Of a stretch of DNA of 64,000 nt, positions 43,269 through 52,464 are shown piece by piece. The notes under the pieces are model-generated. The model was not told the DNA's origin. It did no database searches and saw only the letters and a program-made list of their open reading frames with translations. Both the position numbers and the translations under genes were made by a program. Location of the stretch: assembly GCA_021809425.1 (NCBI GenBank), contig JAKBAA010000002.1, forward strand, positions 3,634 through 67,633. Direction: 5' to 3'. The stretch's first letter is position 1. Every line of letters begins with the position of its first letter. The stretch comes from Actinomycetes bacterium. Lineage in GTDB: Bacteria; Actinomycetota; Acidimicrobiia; Acidimicrobiales; Bog-793.

Positions 43269-43396
43269 CTGCCCCCGTCCTGGCCCCGCCGTCCGTCGGC
43301 TCCGGCAGCACCGCAGCGTAGGCGCCGCCACGCCACATGTGAGGGATCGGTGAGCACGCTGCCGGAGCGGGCCCCTTCGGCCTACGCTTGTCCCCC

Positions 43397-44791
43397 ATGA
43401 CCGCCGTCTCCGGTGCCGGCGAGCCGGCCCACACCGGGTCGGTCGACGCCGCCCCGCCCTGGACGCCCTCTGGCTGGCGGGGCCGACCTGCCCGGCAACT
43501 TCCCATCTGGCCCGATCCCGAAGCGCTCGAGCGAGCGGTCGGCGAGCTGCGCGCCCGACCCCCGCTCGTGTTCGCCGGAGAGGCCCGCAACCTGACCCGT
43601 GCACTCGCCAGCGTGGCCGATCGGCGAGCCTTCGTCCTGCAGGCCGGCGACTGTGCCGAGTCGTTCCACGAGCAGTCGGCCGACGCCATCCGTGACAAGC
43701 TCAAGGTGATCCTCCAGATGGCGGTCGTGCTCACCTACGCCTCCGGCGTGCCGGTCGTGAAGATCGGACGCATCGCCGGCCAGTTCGCCAAGCCGCGCTC
43801 CTCCCCGGTCGAGCGGGTCGGCGACGTCGAGATGCCGGCCTTCCGCGGTCACATCGTCAACGACGACGCCCCGATCCCGGCCGCCCGGGTACCCGATCCG
43901 GGGCGCATGGTCACCGCCTACCACCACGCCGCCTCTGCCCTCAACCTCGTGCGGGCCTTCACCAAGGGGGGCTTCGCCGACCTGTCCCAGGTGCACGCCT
44001 GGAACCAGGAGTTCGTGGCCACGAGCGCCGAGGGTCGCCGCTACGAGGCCGTGGCCGAGGAGATCGACCGGGCGCTCGCCTTCATGCGCGCCTGCGGCGT
44101 CGACCTCTCCGCCGGCGCGCCCATCCAGCAGGTCGACCTGTACACCAGCCACGAGGCGCTCCTCCTCGACTACGAGGAGGCCCTCACCCGTCGCGATTCG
44201 CTCACCGGCGACTGGTACGACTGCTCGGCCCACATGCTCTGGCTCGGCGAGCGCACCCGCGACCCCGGCGACGCCCACGTCGAGTTCCTCCGCGGCATCG
44301 CCAACCCGGTCGGCGTCAAGCTCGGGCCGACCGCCACCCCGACGGAGGTCGTCGAGCTGTGCGCCCGGCTCAACCCCGAGCGCATCCCCGGCCGTCTCAC
44401 CCTCATCGCCCGTCTGGGTGTCGGCAAGGTGACCACCCTGCTCCCGCCGCTCGTCGACGCCGTCGCCCGGAGCGGGCACCCGGTGGTGTGGCAGTGCGAC
44501 CCGATGCACGGCAACACGTTCACCTCCGAGAACGGCCGCAAGACCCGTCACTTCGACGACGTCCTCGGCGAGATCCGTGGCTTCTTCACCGTGCACCGGG
44601 CGGCCGGCACCTGGCCGGGAGGCGTCCACGTCGAGCTCACCGGTGACGACGTCACCGAGTGCCTCGGCGGCGTCGAGGACATCCTCGAGGAGCAGCTCCC
44701 GCTCCGCTACACGACGACGTGCGACCCGCGCCTCAACGCCCGTCAGTCCATCGACCTCGCCTTCCGGGTCGCCGAGCTGCTTCGCCACTGA
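43397..44791 (+). CDS. aroG: Class II 3-deoxy-D-arabino-heptulosonate-7-phosphate (DAHP) synthase
   Basis: ...WPDPEALE...PPLVFAGEARNL...FVLQAGDCAESF...RIAGQFAKPRSS...CDPMHGNT... is the type II DAHPS pattern. ATG 43397; TTG 43388 is the alternative. Confidence 0.9.
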   Translation: MTAVSGAGEPAHTGSVDAAPPWTPSGWRGRPARQLPIWPDPEALERAVGELRARPPLVFAGEARNLTRALASVADRRAFVLQAGDCAESFHEQSADAIRDKLKVILQMAVVLTYASGVPVVKIGRIAGQFAKPRSSPVERVGDVEMPAFRGHIVNDDAPIPAARVPDPGRMVTAYHHAASALNLVRAFTKGGFADLSQVHAWNQEFVATSAEGRRYEAVAEEIDRALAFMRACGVDLSAGAPIQQVDLYTSHEALLLDYEEALTRRDSLTGDWYDCSAHMLWLGERTRDPGDAHVEFLRGIANPVGVKLGPTATPTEVVELCARLNPERIPGRLTLIARLGVGKVTTLLPPLVDAVARSGHPVVWQCDPMHGNTFTSENGRKTRHFDDVLGEIRGFFTVHRAAGTWPGGVHVELTGDDVTECLGGVEDILEEQLPLRYTTTCDPRLNARQSIDLAFRVAELLRH

Positions 44792-46950
44792 TGCACCCCT
44801 CCCCCGCCCGGCGCCGCCACCGCCGGGACGGACGCTTGCGCGCCCGTCTCGTGGCGCGCCCCGTCCTCGGCGTCCTCGGCGTGGTCGGCCTCGCCCTACC
44901 CGCCGGCCTGTCCGGGCTCCCCCGGGCGATCGGAGCGACGACGACCCTCTCACGCGCCGGTGCGACCGCCGCAGCCACCGCCGCAGCCACCGGCGTGAGC
45001 GGCGGTCCCGGCACCTGCGTGGCGGCCTCGGTCCCGACCACCACCACCACGACGACGACGACCACGACCACGACGACCACGACGACCACGACGACGACCC
45101 CGGCGGCGGCCACCACGACGACGACGCTGCCCCCTGGCTCGCCGACCCTGCCCGGCACGACGGTCCCCGGCACGACCCTGCCCGGCACGACGGTCCCCGG
45201 CACGACGGTCCCCGGCACGACGGCGCCCACGACCACCCTCCTGCCGACGACGACCGTGGCGGGCACCACCACGACGACGGCGCCGCCCCCGGTGGTCCGC
45301 CCGGCCTACGACCTCGTGAGCTCCGACGGCACCGTGCACGCCTTCGGCGGTCCGTTCGTGGCGACCGCGAAGGCGAAGCCGGCCGTCCCGATCGTCGCCG
45401 CCGCCGCCACGCCCGACGGCGCCGGCTACTGGCTGGTCGGCCGGGACGGCACCGTGGCCACGTTCGGTGACGCCCACCACTATGCGAGCGGCACGACGCT
45501 CCACCTGACCGACGTGGTCGGCATCGCACCGCTCGCCGACAACGAGGGGTACTGGCTCGCCACGGCCACCGGTGGCGTGTTCTCGTTCGGCCGCGCCGCC
45601 TACTGCGGGGGCGCCAACACGCGGCCCCGGACCGGGCGCATCGTCGGCATCGCCTCGACCCCCGACGGAGCCGGCTACTGGCTCGCCACGTCGGCGGGCA
45701 GCGTGTACAACTTCGGCGACGCCGGTTTCTACGGGTCGGCCGTGCACGTGCACACCAAGGTCCCCGTCGTGGCCCTCGCCGCCACCCCCGACGGCAAGGG
45801 GTACTGGCTCGCCTACGCCAACGGGTCGATCCGCAACTTCGGCGACGCCCGCTTCTACGGCTCGGCCGTCCACCGCCACCTGACGGCCCCGATCGTCTCG
45901 ATCGCCCCGACGCCAGACGGCGGCGGCTACTGGCTCGTCGGCGCCACCGGGCGGATGGCCCGCTATGGGGACGCCCCCTTCTTCGGCTCGCTCGCCCACA
46001 CGCCTCCGGCAAAGCCGGTGACGGTCGTCGCCGTGGTCGGCACCCACGAGCTCACGACACCGACGGTCAGCCCGTCGGTGTCGCCCTACCCCCACGGCGC
46101 CCTCGGCTACGACATCAGCGACTTCCAGTGCTCGAAGACCGGCTCGCCACTCGCCCAGGCGAACCTGCCGCCCACCTCCGGGGTGGCCGTGCTCGAGGTC
46201 GTCGGCTGGCTGGACGGCGCCGACAACTCGTGCCTGGCGGCCGAGGCGGCGTGGGCGACCCAGGCGCTCGCCAGCTCCGGCGCGACCGGCACGACCGGTG
46301 CCCCGGGCGGGGCCGGCTCACCGTACAGCCTGTACGTGTTCATGAACTCGCCCGGCGGCGGGACGACGTCCCAGGCGATGGAGGCGACCGGCCCGGCCGG
46401 CACCTGCGGCCTGCTCACGTCCGGCGTCCAGCTGGCCTGCCAGGCCTACAACTACGGCTACAACGGCGCTGCCGACGCCGTCGCCTACGCCGCAGCCCAG
46501 GGCGTCCATTCGGCGTTGTGGTGGCTCGACGTGGAGAACCCCTCGCTCGCCCCGGGACCCACGTCGAACTTCTCCGCCAACGAGTACTGGTCGGGCTCCC
46601 CGGCCCTCAACGACCAGACGATCCAGGGTGCCATCGACGCCGTGCGCGCCGCAGGCGCCACCCCCGGGCTCTACTCGACGAGCCTGCAGTTCCCGAAGAT
46701 CGCCGGCGCCTTCGTCCCGAAGGGGTCGCAGCTGCCCCTCTGGATCGCCGGGGCCCCGTGGACCAGCCCGCCCTACACCGAAGGCGGCCTGCCGAGCTCG
46801 GCGACCCTCGCCACCTGGTGCGCCGGCACGGCCCACTACAGCGGCGATCCCGGAACCGACGTGTTCGCCGGAGGCGTCCCGTGGCTGCTCCAGGAGACGC
46901 CCGGTAACCTTCCCTCGCCGTACGGGCTCGACCCGGACTACGCCTGCTGA
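44791..46950 (+). CDS. Secreted multidomain protein: signal peptide, poly-Thr/Pro linker, 5-6 PDGxGYWL repeats, C-terminal GH25-like/Rv2525c-like (DUF1906-type) glycoside-hydrolase-fold domain
   Basis: ATG shares one base with the aroG stop (TGATG). Repeats take the form ...TPDGAGYWLATSAGSVYNFGDAGFYGS... The C-terminal domain has ...GYDISDFQC...ALWWLDVENP...LWIAG... Confidence 0.8.
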   Translation: MHPSPARRRHRRDGRLRARLVARPVLGVLGVVGLALPAGLSGLPRAIGATTTLSRAGATAAATAAATGVSGGPGTCVAASVPTTTTTTTTTTTTTTTTTTTTTPAAATTTTTLPPGSPTLPGTTVPGTTLPGTTVPGTTVPGTTAPTTTLLPTTTVAGTTTTTAPPPVVRPAYDLVSSDGTVHAFGGPFVATAKAKPAVPIVAAAATPDGAGYWLVGRDGTVATFGDAHHYASGTTLHLTDVVGIAPLADNEGYWLATATGGVFSFGRAAYCGGANTRPRTGRIVGIASTPDGAGYWLATSAGSVYNFGDAGFYGSAVHVHTKVPVVALAATPDGKGYWLAYANGSIRNFGDARFYGSAVHRHLTAPIVSIAPTPDGGGYWLVGATGRMARYGDAPFFGSLAHTPPAKPVTVVAVVGTHELTTPTVSPSVSPYPHGALGYDISDFQCSKTGSPLAQANLPPTSGVAVLEVVGWLDGADNSCLAAEAAWATQALASSGATGTTGAPGGAGSPYSLYVFMNSPGGGTTSQAMEATGPAGTCGLLTSGVQLACQAYNYGYNGAADAVAYAAAQGVHSALWWLDVENPSLAPGPTSNFSANEYWSGSPALNDQTIQGAIDAVRAAGATPGLYSTSLQFPKIAGAFVPKGSQLPLWIAGAPWTSPPYTEGGLPSSATLATWCAGTAHYSGDPGTDVFAGGVPWLLQETPGNLPSPYGLDPDYAC
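45038..45100 (+). repeat. Run of 21 consecutive Thr codons (ACC/ACG)
   Basis: Read directly: acc acc acc acc acg acg acg acg acc acg acc acg acg acc acg acg acc acg acg acg acc. Confidence 0.95.
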
Positions 46951-47705
46951 GCGCCACCGCCCGGCGGCGCGGCATCGGGAAGGGGGCTCACCGAGCCTGG
47001 CTCGGCGTCCCCGGTGAGCCAGGCCGGGTGCGGCACCTGCAGCTCGTCGGCGCCGGCGAGGTGGGCGGCGTCGCTGTAGCGGACGAGCTGCCAGCATGCC
47101 CCGGTGTGGCGCCACTCGGTGAGCGAGGTGTGCTCGGCGTGGAACCGGATGCCGTCGGCCCGAACAGGAAGGCCGAGGAAGGCGATCAGGGAGGCGTCGA
47201 CCACGCCGCCGTGCGCCACGGCGACGACCAGCCGGCCGGCGTGCGCCACCGCCAGGTCCTCGAGGGCGCCGGCCGCCCGCTCCACGAACCCGCTCCACGA
47301 CTCGCCGCCGGGGGCGAGCGGGAGGTCGTCACCGGCGCCCGAGGGCAGGGAGGTGCGGGCATAGCGCGCCTCGTAGGCGGCCCAGGTCAGCCCGTCGGCC
47401 TCCCCCGGGTGGCGCTCGCACAGGTCGCAGCGGGCGCCGGCGACCTCGACGCCGAGGGCCTCTGCCACGGCGGCGCCCGTCTGGCGGGCCCGGGGCAGCA
47501 CGCTCGTCCAGACCGCCGCCGGCTTCTGCAGCTCCCCCGTGCGACGGAGCCGTCGCCCGAGCGCCGCCACCTGGGCCCGCCCCCGCTGCGTCAGGCCGCG
47601 GCAGGAGCCGTGACCGCCGATGTAGTCCTCGGCATTGCAGGTCGCTTCGCCGTGGCGGACCACGACGAGGCGCGTCCCGGCCAGCCGGGCACCGGGCGGG
47701 GTCAC
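46938..47705 (-). CDS. Histidine phosphatase family protein (phosphoglycerate-mutase-like)
   Basis: ...RLVVVRHGEATCN... (RHG motif) and ...VAVAHGGVV... GTG 47705 overlaps the upstream stop (GTGA). The 3' end overlaps the convergent gene by 13 nt. Confidence 0.85.
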   Translation of the reverse strand: MTPPGARLAGTRLVVVRHGEATCNAEDYIGGHGSCRGLTQRGRAQVAALGRRLRRTGELQKPAAVWTSVLPRARQTGAAVAEALGVEVAGARCDLCERHPGEADGLTWAAYEARYARTSLPSGAGDDLPLAPGGESWSGFVERAAGALEDLAVAHAGRLVVAVAHGGVVDASLIAFLGLPVRADGIRFHAEHTSLTEWRHTGACWQLVRYSDAAHLAGADELQVPHPAWLTGDAEPGSVSPLPDAAPPGGGAQQA

Positions 47706-49168
47706 GCGAGGGCGTCCACGAACGCCTCCAGCTGGCGCAGGGTGCGGCACTCGACCACACCGTCGCAGAACGGGGCGTAGCTCGACACGATCGAGTCGCC
47801 GCTTCCCCAGTAGGCCCGCGGCTCAGGGTTCAGCCAGTAGACGCGCCGGGCGCGCCGGTGCAGCTCCTCGAGCACCCCCGCCTCGGCCGGGTGGTAGTTG
47901 TTGCGGGCGTCGCCGAGCACGAGCAGGTTGGAGCGCGGCCCCACCGCGTCGGCGTAGCGGGAGCGGAAGGCGACCAGAGCCCGCCCGTAGTCCGAGTGGC
48001 CGTCACCGCCGGCGACGTTGGCCTCGCTCGCCATGCGGGCGACCGCCTCGGGCAGCGACGCCGCGGCGCGCAGGATGCCGGTCACCTCGTCGATCTCGTC
48101 GATGAACACGAAGCTGCGCACCTTCGCGAACTGGGCGTCGAGGGCGTAGAGGAGGTGGAGCGTGAACCGGGCGAAGGCGGCCACCGACCCGGAGATGTCG
48201 GCAAGGACGACCAGCTCGGGCTTGGACGGGTGCGGGCTGCGGAACTTGGGCTCGATGGGGACGCCGCCGGCGGACAGCGAGGCCCGCAGCGTGTGGCGGA
48301 AGTCGAGCGGCCCGCGGCGGTGGTGGCGGCGCCGGCGGGCGAGACGGGCGGCGAGGACCCGAGCGAGCGGGCCGAGGGCGCGGCGCAGCTCGGCGAGCTG
48401 CTCGCGGCTGGCGTGCATCACGTCGACGTCCTCGGCGAGCGGCCGGCGCACGGTCCCGGCCACCGCCGCGGCACCGCGATCCTCGACGAGACGGCGCAGG
48501 ATCTCGGCCTCGATCGCCGCCACGAGCGACCGGGCGCGCCGGGCGTACTCCTCGCGCACGAGGCGCTCGCCGAGCGGGCCCGGCGGCCGACGAGGCGCCC
48601 CCGGCGGTGGCGCCTCGTCGACGGGGCGAGCAAGCACCGCCTGGACCAGCCCGTCGAGGGTGGTCTCGAGGTCGAGCTGACGGAGCGTGCGAGCCAGGTA
48701 GTAGGCCACGCCGACCGGCCGGCTGGCCTCGATGCCCGCCAGCGCCTGCACGGCGAGCGCCGCCGCGAGGCGCAGCTGGCGCAGGTCCCCTCCGGCGAGC
48801 GCCTCGGCGACGAGCCCGGCGAGCTGACCCGGCTCGAGGCCCACCCCGTCACCCTCCCCCGTCCCCGCACCGGCACCGCCGGAGCTGGACGGGCCGGCGT
48901 CGGTGCCGGCGTCCATGCCGATCGGCTCGACAGCCGGCCCACTGCCGGCACCGACGGTGGCCGGGAAGTAGACGTCGAAGAGGGTCTCGAACACCGGCAG
49001 GTGCGCCGCCGACTTGACCAGGGTGGCGGCGAGCGCCGCCCGCACGTCGTCACGGTGCTCGAGGGGCAACGCCGACAGGGCGGCAGCGGCGTCCAGCGAC
49101 TCGGTCAGCGACACCGGGAGGCCCGCCCGGCGCAGCTCGTCGGCGAGCTCGGTCAGCGAGGCGAGCAC
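47702..49168 (-). CDS. VWA-domain protein, CoxE-like
   Basis: MIDAS LVVLADISGSV, and ...NLLVLGDARNNY...RVYWLNPEP..YWGSGDS... is the typical CoxE-type VWA C-terminus. Start provisionally GTG 49168, 10 nt after the MoxR stop. Confidence 0.8.
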   Translation of the reverse strand: MLASLTELADELRRAGLPVSLTESLDAAAALSALPLEHRDDVRAALAATLVKSAAHLPVFETLFDVYFPATVGAGSGPAVEPIGMDAGTDAGPSSSGGAGAGTGEGDGVGLEPGQLAGLVAEALAGGDLRQLRLAAALAVQALAGIEASRPVGVAYYLARTLRQLDLETTLDGLVQAVLARPVDEAPPPGAPRRPPGPLGERLVREEYARRARSLVAAIEAEILRRLVEDRGAAAVAGTVRRPLAEDVDVMHASREQLAELRRALGPLARVLAARLARRRRHHRRGPLDFRHTLRASLSAGGVPIEPKFRSPHPSKPELVVLADISGSVAAFARFTLHLLYALDAQFAKVRSFVFIDEIDEVTGILRAAASLPEAVARMASEANVAGGDGHSDYGRALVAFRSRYADAVGPRSNLLVLGDARNNYHPAEAGVLEELHRRARRVYWLNPEPRAYWGSGDSIVSSYAPFCDGVVECRTLRQLEAFVDALA

Positions 49169-49178
49169 GTCCGTCGGC

Positions 49179-50069
49179 TCAGCGGGCCACGCCCTCGAGC
49201 GCCGCCGCCGCCGCCTCGAGGTCACCCCGGTGCTTGAGGAGCAGGTTGAGCGTGCCCGCCGCCGAGGTCGCGTCGAGGCGGTCGATCTCGAGCAGCACGA
49301 GCGCCTGTGCCCAGTCCAGCGTCTCGGAGATCGACGGCCGCTTCTCGAGCTCGAGCGACCGGAGGCTGGCAACGATCCGGGCCACCTCGTCGGCCAGGTG
49401 CTCGGAGATCCCGGGCACCTTGGCGAGCACGATCGCCCGCTCGCGCTCGAGGGTCGGGTAGTCGAGGTGCAGGTACAGGCACCGGCGCTTCAGCGCCTCC
49501 GAGAGCGCCCGGGTGTCGTTGGAGGTGAGCACGACGAAAGGGACCTGGCGGGCGTGCATCGTGCCGAGCTCGGGGATCGACACCTGGTGCTCGGCCAGCA
49601 CCTCCAGGAACAGCGCCTCGGTCTCGACCTCGACCCGGTCCACCTCGTCGATCAGCAGCACCACCGGGTCGTCGGCCCGGATCGCCGCGAGCAGCGGGCG
49701 CTCGAGCAGGAACGGCTCGGAGAAGATCCCTGCCGCCACCTCGCCCCATTCGGGCGGGCCGCCGTCGCCGCCTCGCTCGAGCTGGAGGGCGAGGAGCTGC
49801 TTTCGGTAGTCCCACTCGTAGAGCGCCTTCGCCTCGTCGAGGCCCTCGTGGCACTGCAGCCGGATCAGACGGGACCCGGTGATCGCCGCCACCGCCTTGG
49901 CCAGCTCGGTCTTGCCCGTCCCGGCCGGGCCCTCGACGAGCACCGGCTTGCCGAGCCGGTCGGCGAGGTAGACGGTCGTCCCGATGCGCTCGTCGGCCAG
50001 GTACTGCACCTCGCCGAGCCGGCGCACCACGTCGGCCGGGCGCTCGAAGCGCGGCGCCGGGCCGGTCAC
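49179..50069 (-). CDS. MoxR-family AAA+ ATPase
   Basis: Walker A [14 protein letters not shown], Walker B [10 protein letters not shown], ...[28 protein letters not shown]... GTG 50069 overlaps the proA stop (GTGA). Confidence 0.9.
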   Translation of the reverse strand: [296 protein letters not shown]

Positions 50070-51319
50070 GGGCGGACCTGGCCGTCGCCCTCGATGACGT
50101 ACTTGACCGACGTGAGCGCCTCGAGCCCCATCGGGCCACGGGCGTGCAGCTTCTGGGTGGAGATGCCGATCTCGGCACCGAGGCCGAGCTGGCCGCCGTC
50201 GACGAAGCGGGTCGAGGCGTTGACGAGGACCGCCGCCGCGTCCACCTCGCCGGTGAAGCGGCGCGCCGCCCCCAGGTCGCCCGTGACGATCGCCTCGGAG
50301 TGACCGGACGAGTAGCGGGTGACGTGGGCGATCGCCTCGTCCAGGTCGGCCACGACCTTCACGGCGAGGCGCAGCCGGAGGAACTCGGTCGCGTAGTCCT
50401 CCTCGGTCGCCTCCCCGGCCTGGGGGAGCACCGCCCGGGTGGCCGCGTCGCCGACCAGCTCGACCCCTTCGAGGGACTGGGCCAGCCGCTCCAGCAGCGG
50501 CCCGGCGACGTCCTCGTGGACGACCAGCGTCTCCATCGCGTTGCACACGCTCGGACGCTGCACCTTGGCGTTGACGACGATCCGCTCGGCCATGTCGAGG
50601 TCGGCGGCGGCGTCGACGTACACGTGGCAGTTGCCGTCCCCGTCGAGCACGTAGGGCACCGTCCCCCGGTCCCGGACGAGCGCCAGCAGGGAAGGACCGC
50701 CCCGGGGGATCAGGCAGTCGATGACCCCTCGCAGGCGCACGAACTCGTCGACGGTCTCGCGCCGGGCGTCCTCGACGAGCAGGACGGCGTCGGGATCGAT
50801 CCCGGCCTTGTCGATGCCGGCCCGAAGGGCGGCGGCAACGGCCTTGTTCGACTCGAGGGCGCCGGCCGAGCCTCGCAAGAGGGCGGCATTGCCCGACTTG
50901 AGGCACAGCGCCGCCGCGTCCGAGGTGACGTTCGGGCGGTTCTCGTAGACGATGCCGACGACGCCCAGCGGGACGCGCACCCGGGTGACCCGCAGGCCGT
51001 TCGGCCGGACGTAGCCCTCGACGACCTGGCCGACCGGGTCGGTGAGGGCGGCGACCGCCCGCACCCCGTCGGCCATGGCCGCCACCCGCCCGGGATCGAG
51101 GCGGAGCCGGTCGACCACCGTCGACGCCGCCCCACCCTCCTCGGCCCGGGCGAGGTCGGCGGCGTTCGCCGCCAGCACCATGTCGGTCGCCGCCTCGAGG
51201 GCGGCGGCGGCGGCCTCGAGGGCGGCGTCGCGCTGGGCGCCGGACGTGGTGCGCAGGGCGCGGCTCGCCGCCTTCGCGCGCTCGCCCAGCTCCGCGAGGG
51301 TCGGGGTCGGGGAGGTCAT
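50066..51319 (-). CDS. proA: Gamma-glutamyl phosphate reductase
   Basis: ATG 51319 after GGGGAGG. ...[32 protein letters not shown]...[32 protein letters not shown]... Confidence 0.95.
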   Translation of the reverse strand: [417 protein letters not shown]

Positions 51320-51350
51320 GCCCAACGCTACCGGCAGGGCCGGCGGGCTG

Positions 51351-52445
51351 TCATGGGCGGAGCACCACGAGGTCGTCGCGATGGACCACCTCGCGCGCCA
51401 GGTCGTCGGCAAGCTCGCCGCTGCGCCGGCCGCGCCACTCGCCGGCGCGGCGCGCCGGCAGCCGGGCGAGGCCCTTCGCCACCACGGCACCGTCCGGACC
51501 GACCACGTCGACGGCGTCGCCCTCCTCGAAGGCTCCCTCGAGGGCGACCACCCCGGCCGGCAGCAGCGATGCCTCCCGCTCGACGATGGCGGTCACGGCA
51601 CCGGCGTCCACCCGCAGCCGACCGAGGGCCGGCAGGGCGAAGGCGATCCACAGCTTGCGCGCCGGCAGCCGCCGTCGGCTCGGCGGGAACGTCGTGCCTG
51701 TCCCGGGCTCCCCGGCAACGGTGTCGGCGAGCACGCCGGGGCGGCGCGCCGCGGCGATGACCACGCGGATGCCCGACCAAGCGGCCATGCGGGCGGCCGC
51801 AAGCTTGGACGCCATCCCGCCGCTCCCGCCGGCCGATCCGACCCCGCCGGCCGCCGCCTCCAGGGCGGCGTCGACCGCCGTCACCTCCTCGACGAGCGAG
51901 GCCCCGGCGTCGCGGCGGGGGTCGGCCGTGAACAGCCCGTCGGTGTCGGTGAGCAGCACGAGCAGGTCGGCCCCGAGCAGGTTGGCGACGAGCGCCCCGA
52001 GGCGATCGTTGTCGCCGTAGCGCAGCTCGTCGTCGGCGACGGCGTCGTTCTCGTTGACCACCGGCACGACCCCCAGCTCGAGCAGCCGGCCGAGGGTGGC
52101 CCGGGCGTGCAGGTACTGGCGTCGCTCCCCGAAGTCGAGCGGCGCCAGCAGCACCTGGCCGGCAAGGAGCCCCTGGGCGCCGAGGGCGTCGTCGTAGACG
52201 CGCATCAGCCGGTGCTGGCCGATCGCCGACAGCGCCTGGAGCGTGGTCAGGTCACGGGGCCGCCCGCCGGGCGGCCGCAGGGTGGCGACGCCGGCGGTGA
52301 CCGCCCCCGAGGTGACCACCACCACCTCGTGGCCGTTCCCGCGCACCTCGGCGATCTCGGTGCACAGCTTCGCCACCGACTCGACGTCGACGTTTCCCTC
52401 GGCGTCGGTGACCGACGAGGTGCCGATCTTCACGACGCACCGCAC
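51351..52445 (-). CDS. proB: Glutamate 5-kinase with C-terminal PUA domain
   Basis: GTG 52445: [14 protein letters not shown]...VVVVTSGAV...[13 protein letters not shown]... The PUA-like tail is ...[21 protein letters not shown]... Confidence 0.9.
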   Translation of the reverse strand: [364 protein letters not shown]

Positions 52446-52464
52446 CGACCGCCCCCGTCCCGCC

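Noticed and set aside
43382-46012. 876-aa minus-strand ORF covering aroG and the secreted-protein gene
   Set aside because: It is antisense to an unmistakable class II DAHP synthase, and the composition is pure R/G/P/S/W low complexity.
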